The notes beneath the pieces were generated by a model. That model did no database searches. It was given only the letters and a program-made list of their open reading frames with translations, and had not been told where the DNA came from. A stretch of DNA of 64,000 bases from Narcine bancroftii (Eukaryota): the NCBI RefSeq assembly GCF_036971445.1, contig NC_091476.1:27528001-27592000 (forward strand). The letters run 5' to 3'. The stretch's first letter is position 1. The number at the start of each line of letters is the position of its first letter. Made by a program: the position numbers and the translations under genes. Below, piece after piece: positions 12,395-26,007 of this stretch.

Positions 12395-12580
12395 CACTGG
12401 GGATAATTTACACGAGCCAATTTGCCTAGTGACACATCTTTGGGATGTGGAGGAAACCCAAGCATCTGGAGAAAACACACGTGATCACAGGAGAATACAA
12501 GCACACAGACAGATCCTGAGGTCAGGATTGAACCCGGGTTTGCTGAAGCTATGAAGAAACAACATTTACTGCTGCACAAC
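12395..12580 (-). mobile_element. V-SINE, older or different subfamily
   Basis: GGGATGTGGAGGAAACCC...GGAGAAAACACACG...GGATTGAACCCGGG is the reversed V-domain and B box. Confidence 0.7.
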
Positions 12581-13332
12581 AGGGATCTAAAAATCTGATC
12601 CTTTTGCCTGTATAAACTGAGGTAGGAGACCACAGAACTCAGCTGAGGTTCTGAAATCATTCTCATTACTGATAAACAAGGAATTTCCGATTGCAACTTG
12701 GAATTACAACTTGAAAGTAATTGGGTATCTCAATATTGGATAAGAATATGATTAGGTTCAGCTGTAAACAGAGGCCCGATTAGAGCTGAGTTGTTGAATA
12801 GTGCTCTGGAATTTACTCTCTGAGCTCACAGAAGAGAAATGTTGCCTCAACCTCTGGAGAAATATCCCGATATTGTTTATTGCCTTCCAGAATGGAGGGA
12901 AGAAATAATATCTGGTATGGTTGCAAGTGCCATTTATTCTGTGTAATATCAGTTTACAAAAAATAAAATTTAAAAAAATATATATACTGATTGATTGCAT
13001 CATCACCTGGTTGGATAATTTGAGTGCACAGGAACGCAGAAGGCTGCAGAAAGGGGCAAACCTAATGAAGTCCATCACAGGCACTGACCTTCTATCCATA
13101 GACATCTATGTGAGACACTGCCTTAAGAATGCAGCCAACATCATAAAGGACCCCCATTACTCTTGACGCAAACTCTTCTTGCTGCTATCTTCAAGAAAAA
13201 GGTACAGAAAGAAGCCTGAAGACCAGGACCTTGAGGTTTAAGAACATTATTTATCCCACAGGCTCTTAGACCTCCCTGTACTATCCTAACCATAACTATC
13301 AGGGGTGTATATACGGAAAATAGCGCCAATGG

Positions 13333-13741
13333 CAGGGGTGGCCAACCTTTTACATTCCGTGCGTCAAAATAAACGACAATAAGGAGGTCTCACGAGTGCT
13401 GGCCTGGGTGGCTGCCAAGTTGTTTTTGGCTTTGGCCTTTTAATAAGTTGAGAGCAAACGGGAAGATGAGAAATAGTGGACGGAGGGGGGAAGAGGTGGG
13501 TGTCTTTGTATGTCAAATTGTGGGGGGGAAATCGGACCTCTGCTTATGCTAATTGTGCCTCCTTCCTTTGTGGCACCTAGTCATCGGGGGAGGTGCAGGG
13601 ACCACCGGGAGCCCAGGGTGGTAAAGGAGAACACCGGGGGCTGGCAGAATTTTTTTTTTTCACCATCCGAGGATGGCTTGACTGACTTTAATAGAAACTG
13701 CTCAGTGGTGCCCCGGGCACGTGCCATATCTGCCATACCTT
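13333..13741. mobile_element. hAT-like MITE
   Basis: CAGGGGTGGCCAAC 5' end and GGCACGTGCCATA...TGCCATACCT 3' end. Confidence 0.55.
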
Positions 13742-13884
13742 CGATATGTCATTGCTAACCATAAACTAGTCAGGAATCAGTAAAAGATCTGTTTGCTCTC
13801 TTGAAATACTATGACTTGCATGATCTTTTAATGATATTTTGTCTTCAGTCTTGCATATTTTGAAAAGTTAATGCATGCTATTGA

Positions 13885-14240
13885 TGTATCTATTGGGTAT
13901 CTATGCTATTGGGTATCTATGCTATTGTATCTATTGGGTATCTATGCTATTGTATCTATTGGGTATCTATGCTATTGTATCTATTGGGTATCTATGCTAT
14001 TGTATCTATTGGGTATCTATGCTATTGTATCTATTGGGTATCTATGCTATTGTATCTATTGGGTATCTATGCTATTGTATCTATTGGGTATCTATGCTAT
14101 TGTATCTATTGGGTATCTATGCTATTGTATCTATTGGGTATCTATCCTATTGGGTATCTATGCTATTGTATCTATTGGGTATCTATGCTATTGGGTATCT
14201 GTGCTATTGTATCTATTGGGTATCTATGCTACTGATGTAT
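13885..14240 (+). repeat. 25-bp minisatellite, ~14 copies
   Basis: Unit TGTATCTATTGGGTATCTATGCTAT, with a few shortened units. Confidence 0.96.
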
Positions 14241-14553
14241 CTTACATACCCATTTTTTGCTGCAGCAAGTAAGAATTTTCATGCATCTTATCTGCACATT
14301 GTTCTTATACAGTATCTATGTGTCGATAAACTCTCGTTGCTCATTACTCAAATGAATGAAGTAATTGAAGCATGGCCCAGGGTGACAACTGTGTCTAGCA
14401 CTATCTGAAAATCAAACAAGTACACTACAATACCTACTTCTTTCCTCACCCATCATCTATCATAATTATATATTTTTTTAATCTATAATTAATATTGATG
14501 CACATCTGTTTCCCAACATTGAATCCTAAATGTTTTACAAATATATCTTTCAG

Positions 14554-14752
14554 AACCCAATATCATCCAAGAAATCTTTGGTAAAATCATGCCATCAACA
14601 ACTGCAGGAAGCGCTCTGTGCACTATTGAAACACCATGGGGTTCTTTGGAATAACAAATTGACTCAGGACCTACCTCAAGTGTGGAAGAAGCATGGAGAC
14701 ATGATTGTTCTGAGTGAAAATGCATTCCAAGCAGAAATCTGGAAAACTTTGG
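14554..14752 (+). CDS. TRMT12: TRMT12 coding exon 3
   Basis: ctttcag acceptor; NPISSKK...DLPQVWKKHGDMIVLSENAFQAEIWKTL; GTGAGA donor; 199 nt. Confidence 0.93.
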
Positions 14753-15839
14753 GTGAGATTTAAATATTGAACTGGGCAGCGTATGTGTTTAGTATCACAT
14801 TGCACATTTACCCTTTTGTGAGCTCAGTATATTTTCCCCCTTCAGTATGTTCTCCAGATAAAATTTACAGGTAGCATCTACAAATTATGTTTTAAATAAA
14901 CCACTGGGATACAACCTTGGAACCTACTGATATATTTTAATCCACTGGAAGATGTGTATGTGTTCTCCACATAACAATATAGCTGAGTTCAGGAATAAAA
15001 GATCATTATCCAATTTGTATGTACAAAATCAAAGAAATAGTTGAGTAAAAATATACAAACCTACTTTCGGCTAGGATTTTGCTGAAAGCATTAGAAGTGT
15101 AGAGGATGAGTGAATATTTTTTCATGAACCATTAAAGGTATTTCCCAAAATTGTAATTGTTCAACCAATTATGCATAAATTTCATACATAAAGGTAAAAT
15201 GAAGGCTTAGAGCATTTACCAGGTTGCAGTCTGAATAGGTTTCCAAAGAACCAGAGAATTGACACTGATATAAGATGTGTTCCTGTTTTACTTTATGTGT
15301 ACTTATTTTCACTAAAAGTGGTGAAAGCTGGAAAGTGAATCATCAGGAGCGGAAAGAAGATCAGAATCAGAGTTACATGGTAGTTGCTCTTGATTATTAG
15401 CTTTTTCTGGAGTATCGAAGCAAAAATAGAATTTGTATATTGTGGGAGAAACATATTTTGTTAAAAAAAAATCTTACTTTGAATGGCAGGTAATATTAGA
15501 TGATTAAATAATTCACTTTCTCAATTTACATGCATTATACAATTGAACTTAAAATCATTGAACAATATTGCAGTATCTTAGGGCCAAAAAAGGGAAGCTG
15601 CAAAGCTGATTAAGTTCTAGATCTTGGATTATGATCCAGTGAGAAGGGATTGAGAAAATGAAAGCAGCCAAAGCTGTATGAATGAGGAAGAGTAGCATAA
15701 TATGATCACGCCTTGCCATTTTCTGAGGCACCTTGAGGTTACAGGTGCAGAGTTGAGTGACCCAGTTCCATGAAAGTGGGAACTCGGGAGGATAGGGGGT
15801 GAAGAAGGTCATTGGCACTCTTCATTTTGCAGAGAATTT

Positions 15840-16385
15840 TGTATACAAAAGTTTTGGCTATCAAGGTGCAGCTGTTCAAAGCATTGGTGAGACAGCACTT
15901 GGAGAACTGTGTGCAGTTCTATTTGCCCAGCAATAAAAGTATATCAATAAAAATATAACCAAATAAGTTGGAAGGTGTGCAGAGCAGATTCATCAGGATG
16001 TTGGGGGGACTGGAGTCCTTGAGTTATAGAGAGAGGTTGGATCGGACCTGAAGGGCAGGAGACTGAAGGATGACTTTATACAGATCATTAAATCATGAGG
16101 GGTATGGATAAAGTCTTTTTTCCAAGGGAAGACTATTCTTACACCAAGGAGTATAGGTTTAAGATAGCAAAATTTAAGAGAAACCCATGGGACAACCTTT
16201 TCTCTCAGATGAGAGCCCTTACTTGAAAGTTTTAGAAGCAGGTACAATGACAACATTCTACCCACATTTGGACAAATATGTGGATAAGAAGGGCTAAGAA
16301 AGATATGGACCAAATGCAGGCACATTGGACTAGCCCAGCAAGGACATGGTCAGCAAGGACAAGTTGGGCCAAAGGGCCTTTTTAA
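15840..16385 (+). mobile_element. CR1-clade LINE 3' fragment
   Basis: Degraded LVRxHLExCVQF region and a GGGCCAAAGGGCC tail. Confidence 0.75.
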
Positions 16386-16394
16386 AAAATAATA

Positions 16395-16620
16395 TTACAT
16401 ACAGCACAGTAACAGGCCCACGAGTCCATGGTGCCCAATTGACCTTCAAATCCAGGTATGTTTCAAAACGGTGGGAGAAAACCGGAGCACCCAGGAAAAC
16501 CCACATAGACATGGGGAGAATATACAAACTCCATACAGACAGCATGGGATTTGAACCCTAGTCTTGATTGCTTGTGCTATAACAGCATTGAGCTAACCGC
16601 TATGCCAACTCTGCTACCCT
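16395..16620 (-). mobile_element. tRNA-derived V-SINE
   Basis: Same family, reversed; abuts the 3' end of a CR1 fragment. Confidence 0.82.
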
Positions 16621-17111
16621 GTTCTTTGCTATGTGACTATGATTCTCTTTATTTCCCCCCCCCCATCCCCCATAATCTTACATGATCTTCCTTGTAAAGA
16701 ATTTATACATCGATGCGTTAAAATTATTCAAAGGCTCTGCATCCACGGTTCTTTGAGGAAACAAGAATGAAACAAGCAAAAATCACTTCATATCTACCTT
16801 AAATATTCTGCAAAAGGAGACATCCTTTCCTGATCCACCTTCTCAAGATCTCTCAATATGTTAGATATTTCAATCAATTTGCCTCTGCCTCTTCAACTCT
16901 AATGAATACACACCAGTCTTATTCAGTTTGTCCTCGTAAGATAAACTGTTCCTTCTTGATGATAAAGTTTAGTCACCCCTAATTTGTTGTCTTGTAGGAG
17001 CTGAGTGATTCATGATAAACAGGTTTGGAAATCAGGGAGGCAAAGTTAATGAACTAATATAAAAATTATAATTCTGATACTTTTTTTTTATTATTGTTCC
17101 ATTTGTTGCAG

Positions 17112-17262
17112 AGCCAGAAGTATGGAAGGTGGTTGCTAATGTACTAAAAGTAAAACGCATTGCAAAAGCAGGCAGAATATCTGCCAATGGCTTTCGTACT
17201 CCAAGGGTGACTTTAATGCTGGGAGACGATGCTTGGGTCCACCACATTGACAATGGCATCAG
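17112..17262 (+). CDS. TRMT12: TRMT12 coding exon 4
   Basis: ttgcag acceptor; PEVWKVVANVLKVKRIAKAGRISANGFRTPRVTLMLGDDAWVHHIDNGI(R); GTGAGA donor; 151 nt. Confidence 0.95.
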
Positions 17263-17439
17263 GTGAGAATGGAATAAAGATATTTAAATGACAACCAAGA
17301 CCCAAATAATCCAAGGATGTGCATGTAACATTGTAACTGGGTAAAGACCGACTGGTTCCTCCTTGTGATTATCTTTATCCATGTATAATAAATGTTTTCC
17401 TTTAAATTAAAGGAAGCTATAGCACGCCATGCCTTCTGA

Positions 17440-19095
17440 GATGTTCAAAGTTCAGATTTATTGCCATAGTACATACATGATATCACATTACAACCCTGAG
17501 ATTCTTTCTCCTACAGGCTAGGCAGAATTTCTATTTACCGGTAGTGCAAAAAACTGTTCTCAAGTAAATTTTACATTCAAAATACAAAAATAGAAATGAA
17601 GAAAGAAATGCAAACAATACAGAATAAATAAAATGTGCAAAGAAAATGTGCAAAGTATCCTTGAGAGATCTTGAGAAGGTGGATCAAGAAATGATGACTT
17701 CTTATGCCTAAGATTTAAGTCCGAGATGAGGTGATTTGTTTTTTTTGTTTTTGTTTCAATCAAAAGGTACCTTAGTGGGTGTCTGATTTAGCTTGTTGTA
17801 CAGCCATTCTCAACAGGAGCCCTCCCTGGAGCCACAGAATATTAAAGTAAAAGGCTTGTTTTCTTTTCACCTCACACAACATAAATTTTTTTTTGTTTTT
17901 TATGCAGTCAGTAGGAGAGAAATGCGGAAGAAACCAAAATGTGACTACTTCACAGGAAAGGGGCCCTTAAACTTTGAGCAGAGTCCTAAGGGGGCCATAG
18001 CCAAAAACAAAGGTTGAGAATGGCTGCTTTAGTCTATCTTCCACATATGGGTTTTATTTTTAAGCATCATTCAAAGAAAAACATTTTCTTCTGAAAAGGA
18101 ATTAAGTATTTATAATTGAGTGAATTGAAACCTTTATTTGCTTCATGAGAATGGCTGGTTTAGGAATCTGATGGTGGAGAGTAGCAACTATTCCTGAACT
18201 TGGTGATATGAGTCTTGTGGAACCTATACTTCTTTCTTGATGGCAGCAACGATTACATAAATGTCCTGGATGGTGTGGATCCTTGATAATTGCTGCTGCT
18301 ATCCTGCGGCATTGTTCCATGGAGATGTTCTTGATGGTGGAGAGAGTTTTGTTTATGAGGTTCTGGGCTGTATTCACTACCTTTTGCAGGGCTTACCACT
18401 CAGAGGTATTGACATCTCTAATACTGAACCTCCATAAACTCCTGAGGAAGTAGAGGCTTTCTTCATGATGACATGATTATGTTGGGTCCAGGATAGGTCC
18501 TCCAAGATGGTGGCTCCAAGGAATTTAAATTTGCTCATCTTCTTCACCTCTGATTTCCCCCAATGATCACTGGATCGTAGACTTCTGTTTTTAATTTCCT
18601 AAAGACTACAATCAGCTCCTTGGTTTTGGTGACATTGAGTGCAAAATTGTTGATAGTACACCATTTGGACAAATTTTCAAAATCTTCCTGAATGCTGACT
18701 CACTGCCCCTGTGGTACTCTGCGGCTGATAGAGATTGTGGAAAGAGATGTTCTTGCCAGTCCATAATTGATTGTGGTCTGAAGGTGAGGAAATCCAGGAT
18801 TCAATTACACAGTGATGTATTAAGGCCTCGATCTTAGAGTTTCTAATCATTTTTGAGGGGATGATGATGTTGAATGCCAAACTGTAGTCAATAAAGAGTA
18901 TCCTAATATGTGTCTTTGTTGTCCAGGTGTTCTAGGGTTTTGTATTGAGCCAGTAAGATGGCATCTGCCATAGACTTTTTGCTGTAGTAAGCAAATTAGA
19001 ACAGATCCAGGTCACCACTCAGACATGAGCTGATATGTTTCAGCACTAAATTCTCAAAACACTTCATCACAGTGGATGTGACATAACCACTGGTT
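17440..19095 (-). mobile_element. Rex1/Babar fragment, interrupted at ~17670-18095
   Basis: Tail at 17440-17660; IIKDPHHPGH and AFNIIIPSK motifs. Confidence 0.78.
17801..18026. mobile_element. hAT-like MITE
   Basis: Perfect 14-bp TIR CAGCCATTCTCAAC / GTTGAGAATGGCTG; no clear TSD. Confidence 0.75.
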
Positions 19096-21942
19096 GGTTA
19101 TGTCACCTATTACATGCAATTCCTAAAGCTCAGCTTTTTCTTCAGGTGACCATGAATGGGAATCAAACAACTCCAAGCCATATTAAAAAAATGAGTCACC
19201 CATGGTCTTACTGTGTTAACTTCTAGCTAACCAGTTAAGAGTAGCACACATTCTCTTGGTGCATGTAAAGTACACAAAAAAAACTAATAAAAGCAGACTT
19301 TTAAATATAGATTAATTATAATTTGACAGAAAAATAAATAGATCAAGGTTGGCATGGTGATGGAGCATATATACACTGGTACCTCACATGGCACTTAGCA
19401 TGTGTTTCCAAGATCAAATTCAATCAGTTCTGAAAGGAATAATTATACTATTGAAACTGCATAACTAAGAACACTATTTTTCTCCTATGATTGATAAATA
19501 AGAGCTTTCTTGGTAATAAATAGGGTATTACATATTTTATTAAATAATGACAAAACATTATGAACTCATGATTGCAGTATGTAATGAGGTAGAAGGAGCT
19601 AAACCTAGAAGGATGAGTTCATTGGGAAAATAGATTGTGACTCTTCCCTTCAGAGTTAATTGCTCCATCTCATTCTATTGTGGAGCATTACTCTGGAGCA
19701 GAAGTTACTTTTGAGCATAATTCCCTTCACTGAGGAACTGCACTCAGAAAAACCTTCACAATCTCAGTTTTTAAAAAAATGCTGTCCATAAAATTGCTGT
19801 GTCTGGATCTTTTCTCGTTTGGTGTTTCAATGACATGGGCCTTGACCTGAACATGCTGTATTCATTGCAGTTTCACATTCACAGTGATGCTCTCTCTTAA
19901 CACTTTCAACACATTATCTGCATTTTCACTTGTTGACCTTCCTGACATTGAGAGTTAAAACAGATGCTGCAGTATGTGAATATGATGCTACAATCTTAGT
20001 GGCCAAGCAACAATTGTGTTTTGGTGAAAATCAAAAGAACTATAAATGTTGGAAATCTGAAATATGTGTAGTTCACATTAGTTGAGTATCATATTAAATA
20101 CTGCTGTCCCATTGGGTGCGGTTATGTGAAATATTTCATTTTCTCACCAAATATCAATGATGTAATGAACTTTTATTGGCTCAAGAGCCCTTAATAGATA
20201 ATTGTTCTGCAGATAGCACCAAGCAGGGTATCAGTTGGCATAGATACCAGAATATCACAGGGCTGTGGACTTAGCCCATTGCTCTACTCCCTTTTCAGGT
20301 CTAACTGTCTGGTTCTGATTGAGAAACTACAAAGAGCATTAATGCACTTCCCTCCAAGAAGAATGGATGTAAGAATGATCTCCCTCATTCTCTCTTGATA
20401 GTTTCTTTCAACATTAGTAGATAAAGTACAAGGAAACCAATTGCTTCTTTATCCAAATCTCTAGAGGAAAACAAAAAGTGAAACAAAATGTAGTAACCTA
20501 AAGTAAACAAATATATGGTGAAAAAAATAACTATTGCCCATTTAAAAACTAATAAGAATTCAGAAACAACATATCACAGCAAAAGGCTTTCCAGCTTGCT
20601 ATGTCCATACCGGCCATCAAGTGTCACTGCTCCTATGTTATGGCAGTTCAGATCATTGGAATTCAGCCTTGTCAAATTGACAAATCACTACCAAAAATTT
20701 TGAACTGTGAAATAAAAATTAAGTTTTATAGAATTTATGTGAAAAATATTAACACAAAATGCTTACACAGAACTGAACTAGCTTACCAAGGACAGGATTG
20801 CTGGCTGTTGTTCCACAGTGGAAAGTCATTTAAAGTACTTGCTTTGGAAAGTAACAAGACAATCTCTTCTAAGTGATATTTAAATTATTTAAATTCATTT
20901 TAAATAGTTGCTGTAATAAAATGAGTCTTTCATTTTCCTCAGGTAAAAACAAAATTTGAGTTCTTTTACTTCATGTTCATATATGCTATATTTTATGCAT
21001 GTTAGTAAAAGGATTGACTGAGTTTTCATTGGTTTTACATAAGATTAGAAGTGGATAGTATTATCTCTGCAACTTCCTCCAGGAATGAAAAACTCGAATC
21101 ATATTGTAAATTTAATTTACAGCAGTGCTTGTTTTTTAAAAACAATAAACCATCAGCTAATCTGTCTCCATAATATGTGACAAAATACATTGTCATTTTT
21201 CAGAAGACTAATCCACCAATAGCTTGTATTCATTGGGTTTTTCTTTTAATAAAGGCCATAACCATTGCTTTAACCATAAAAATTTGCAGCCTGCCAATTC
21301 ACATTAGGAGGCTATTTAAGGCAACTTTTTCAAATGACATTTGTATAACAATTTTTTTTCGAATGATATAACATCCATGTGAGAGTCAGGCCGTGCTGTC
21401 ATAAAACAAACAGCTGAACCAATTAAGTGTACAACAATTTCTTTATTCAACCTTGATAATGTTAACAGGAGTGAAGGGTGATAAAGAAAGAGTTCAATAA
21501 CTCGTTCTCTACACTGAGCCCCACTCAACTTGTACAGCTTTTTGGTACATCTTGTATAGTCCTTTTGTCTATAGTTAATTGTACAGATTTATTGCAGCTG
21601 ACTTGGTTTTTCATTAACATCCATCTTTGTGGTTTTTACAGATATGCAACTTAATTAACTTTAGACAGCTCTTGTGGTTTTGTTTTCAAACATATCCAGC
21701 AACCTTGGACTTGTGCAGCCTTGTTCCAGTCTGTTGCCTAATTCTGATTCTTTATTTGCAAGCTTTCAAATCTTTATTAGTCTACACACAGAGGAGCTCC
21801 TTTCCCATGATGTTTGACATCTTTGTTTCATATTCTTTTATACCCATTTCTAGTTAATTAAGACATCAATCCTTTCTTTTCTGCCTACAATCAAATCAAA
21901 ATTCCCATGCAAATGAACCACCCCTGCAAGGGCATTGCTCTC

Positions 21943-23337
21943 AAAAGAGATACTTTCATAATAAATCTTTTTTGTGCTTCATCCAGTTTGAGGCCTAATT
22001 CTTTACTTATATTACTTAGAAGAAAGATCTCTGGATTTTTTGGTATGTTGCTTTTTGTGATTTTATTTAATACCTGATTTAGATCTTCCCAAAACTTTTC
22101 CACTTTCTCACATGCCCAAATTGCATGTACTGTTGTTCCCATTTCCTTCTTACAGCGAAAACATCTATCTGATACTGTTGGGTCCCATTTATTTAACTTT
22201 TGGGGCGTGATATATAGCCTGTGTAACCAATTATATTGTATCATGCGTGACCTCGTGTTTATTGTATTTCTCATAGTTCCGGAGTATAGCTTTTCCCATA
22301 TTTCATTTTTTATCTTTATGTTTAGATCTTGTTCCCACTTTTGTTTGGGTTTACAGCTTATTTCATCATTTTCTTTCTCTTTCAGCTTGATGTACATGTT
22401 TGTTATAAATCTTTTAATTATCATTGTGTCTGTAATCACCTATTCAAAGCTGCTTCCTTCTGGTAACATCAGTCTGCTTCCCAATTTGTCCTTTAAGTAG
22501 GTTTTCAGTTGGTGGTATGCAAACATTGTACCGTGACTTATTCCATATTTGTATTTCATTTGTTCAAATGTTAATAAATTATTTCCCAAAAAGCAATTTT
22601 CTATTCTTTTAATCCCTTTTCTCTCCCATTGTCTAAAGGAAAGGTTATCTATTGTGAAAGGGATTAGTTGATTTTGCGTCAATAATAATTTTGGTAGTTG
22701 GTAATTTGTTTTTTTCCTTTCTACGTGAATCTTCTTCCAAATGTTGAGCAGATAGTGCATATCTGGTGAACTTCTATATTGCACCAGTTTTTCATCCCAC
22801 TTATAAAGTATATGTTCTGGTACCTTCTCCCCTATTTTATCTAGCTCTATCCTGGTCCAATTAGCTGTAGCAAAAAAATGTATAATGTCAACCTGGAAAT
22901 CAGAAGAGAGCCTGAGAGTACAGCAATGCTACATCAAAATGAATAAATGTATTCCATTGGAAAAAATAACATATAATTTAAAAAATAAAGTCACATTATT
23001 CGAAAAAATTTGGGAACTGTACATGGAACACAACAGAGAGGGCCTACTGCGGACCTCCACCCCCTAAAATGATAGAATGAGAAGAAGACGAAAAGAACTG
23101 ACCCAGTGTGTAAAAGTAGATGACACAATTTTCTTGTTTATTTTCATTGTGTGATGACATTGTTTAATGGGTTTATTGTATTGTATATGTTGAATGTTTA
23201 ATGGGTTTGGAGGGAGGGGGAAAAAAAGAGAGAAAATGACATTGTGTATATTCAAGAGGGAAATGTTTGTGTGTATTTTGGTTAATAAGGTTCATAGTGT
23301 GAAAAATTTTTTAAAAATTTTAAAAAGAGATACTTTC
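21943..23337 (+). mobile_element. 5'-truncated, 5'-inverted L1-clade LINE with a 15-bp TSD
   Basis: The ORF2 C-terminal region with the zinc knuckle CFRCKKEMGTTVHAIWAC is on the minus strand (21957-22860), continuing as LAVAKKCIMSTWK...FEKIWELY on the plus strand from 22861; TSD AAAAGAGATACTTTC at 21943-21957 and 23323-23337. Confidence 0.92.
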
Positions 23338-23998
23338 CATAAAATGCATCTCCACTATAACATGGGATTACATGGGGGAATAGGTTCACGTTATAGAAAG
23401 TCGTGCTGTGGATGTTTATGTTCCTTAACATATATACGATCTTTTTAATACATTTAAAATGTGTTATCCAACACTATAATTAAAACACATTATTTATAAC
23501 ATGTTATAAATTATTTCAATTTGAACTTTGAACTCAGTCTGTCAGACAACAAATATTTATGCTGCAAATGAAACACAATTTTTTAATTGTGGTTTTTATC
23601 AGTTACAGTGCAGAAACACATGGTTATAATCTATGTTATTGTGAATCTGAAACAGAGATAACCAAAGTGTAGGAACTTGTACAAGTCTTGATAAAGTGTC
23701 CCAACCCAAAACATTAATTCCCCATTTCTATCCATGGACCCTGCTGCCTCACTGTTGCATCCCTCCAGATTCTCTTTGATTGCAGTAGAAAATAAATATT
23801 GCACTGTAGGTTACTTGTTAATGATGTGGCTATATTTTGGAGTGATATCATTACCTCAGGAACCTTATAAATTGTACATGTTATGGGTAAGCTATATTCT
23901 ATTTTGCAGAACAACTAAATGTATTTTGCATTTGAGAAGAAAGTGATCATTTCATTAATAACATTAATGTAGCTGTGTCTCTATGTATTCAATTATAG

Positions 23999-24108
23999 AT
24001 ATACATTTGATATTACAAAATGCATGTTCTCCTCTGGAAATGTCACAGAGAAGCTTCGAATCAGCTCTTTTGACTGCACAGGAGAGGTGGTTGTGGATAT
24101 GTATGCAG
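23999..24108 (+). CDS. TRMT12: TRMT12 coding exon 5
   Basis: attatag acceptor; YTFDITKCMFSSGNVTEKLRISSFDCTGEVVVDMYA(G), the start of the SAM-binding motif; GTAATG donor; 110 nt. Confidence 0.95.
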
Positions 24109-24292
24109 GTAATGTTGTGAATTAATAGCTGAGCTACAGTGAGCTGAATGAGCATGTTCTATGTATAGACTCTGAAGTCGAAGCATTTGCAAGCATAACT
24201 GGAACCAGGTGTTGGCCAGTTGACTCATCTTGACTGCATTTTCTTTGAATAAGAATGGTGGAAGAGATGGAGTAGGTGATTAGAAAAAATAC

Positions 24293-24478
24293 TGTTACAA
24301 ACTAACAATCGTTTTAATTTTTGTGTGGGACTAAAGGGTCTTTGTTAGCACTAACAAAGAACAGCAATGGAAATTCACCAAAGGTAAATTCAAAATAATA
24401 GATTTTATTAAACTATCAATAGCATAAAATTTCTTACTTAACTCTAAATTTAACCCCATTATGTGCAAATGTAAAATT

Positions 24479-24526
<48 letters not shown>

Positions 24527-25667
24527 TCAAGTCCAATTCTGAAAAGTACATTTTTAAAACTTCAGCTTCATTTTAGTCTTACTTGAAGGTCTTACATTCT
24601 CACTCTAGAAATAATTATAAAGCCCTTTTAAATATCATATCTTCATGCCTCTTTACTCACAATTCTTTTTATGAGATTTGAGAGATATTCTTTAAATAGA
24701 AGTGACCATCTTTTGAGCCACCAATGTACCTCCTGTGAAAAGGAGTATACAATTCCTGTCTTCCCAGGATCAAATCTTTTTCTTTTCACTGAAGATTTTG
24801 GAACCTGTTTTCCACATGAAGAATCTGCCCTCTTTTCAAAGGGACAGCGAATGTGGCTATTTTCTTGCACGATTAATTCACAAACCCAGACAAGGGTTAT
24901 TAAACAAAGTGGCCATACAAAAATGGACCCAATAGAATTCTGTCCTCTTTTCCAAAGAGATAGTGAAGCGGTCTTCCTTATTTCAAAAGCCACTTATTCT
25001 GCATTCCCCTTTTCCTAAGAGTAAAACACAACAGCACCTATTCAATCCAACCCTGTCTTTCACGAGGTTTCAATCCCTGTGTGTCGTAGGGTTTTGACTT
25101 CTCCACTCTCCAAACTGAACTAGTCCAAAAACGTCTGAATTCGATAATATATTTATCCAAATCATGTGACAATTACATCATCAATGAGGTCAGTCCAAAT
25201 TCTTGGAATCCACATGACTATCAGTTTTACTTCTATCAAAATATCTGTTCCTTTTTCAAAACAACTCCATATCCATCATAACCTCTGACCTCATCTCTGT
25301 TCAAGAGGCTTAAGTGGTTTTGTTTAAAAAAAATAGATAGCTTCCTCAGCAGTTCTTATTGAGTACTTAGATACTTCAGTTTTTAATAAAGTAAACACTC
25401 CATTGTTCTTGAATAATTAAGAACCACTTCAGATCCATTATCTGTCTTTCCAAGATGCCGTGACTCTGAGAATGAACTTGCTTCTCTGAATACAATGGTT
25501 CTCTGTAAATGTGCTGTGATCTGTGTGTGCCCCTGTACCAGCCCACAACTAACTTACTAAGAATACATATGCAATATTTTAACTGTAATTTACTTTACTA
25601 AGACATTTTTATAAGAAATATAACTTCAGCTTAACCTAAATATTACTATTAACATCGATCCATAACA
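24293..25667 (-). mobile_element. Putative long solo LTR
   Basis: TGTTA...TAACA termini, no ORF; its left end recurs at 30410-30552. No TSD seen. Confidence 0.6.
24481..24523. repeat. (TG)n microsatellite
   Basis: Directly visible; lies within an LTR-like element. Confidence 0.95.
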
Positions 25668-26007
25668 GTTCATATATTATTACACAACTCGTTAATAGAT
25701 AGCATTAGAATTAGCCTACAGATACTTGAATTACTGTGTAGATTTTACAGAAAGCTAATGAAAAATGTGTGAATGGATATCAGAATTCCTTTTTTATATC
25801 ATCTCAGCAAAAGATTAATGAGCAGGGTTCATACAAATCAACAGTTAAAACCAATATTTCTTGGCTCATTGTCAGACATTTACTATTTTCAAAGACAAGC
25901 ACAATTCTCTTTCTATTGGTCTTTCAGTTATAACTGCTAACAGAGGTGTATGTGTAGACTAGTTCTTTTGACGATTCAGTCTCTAAAGAGAAAACTCTTA
26001 ACAGTAG

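Larger units (their letters stand above)
12985..14340 (+). mobile_element. Rex1/Babar 3' fragment interrupted by a hAT-like MITE and the 25-bp array
   Basis: CIITW...RRRLQK...IIKDPH at 12985-13270; tail-like AAGAATTT...GATAAAC at 14265-14335. Confidence 0.65.

Noticed and set aside
13871-14408. Three overlapping hydrophobic ORFs resembling membrane proteins
   Set aside because: Produced by a 25-bp tandem repeat with no plus-strand stop codons.
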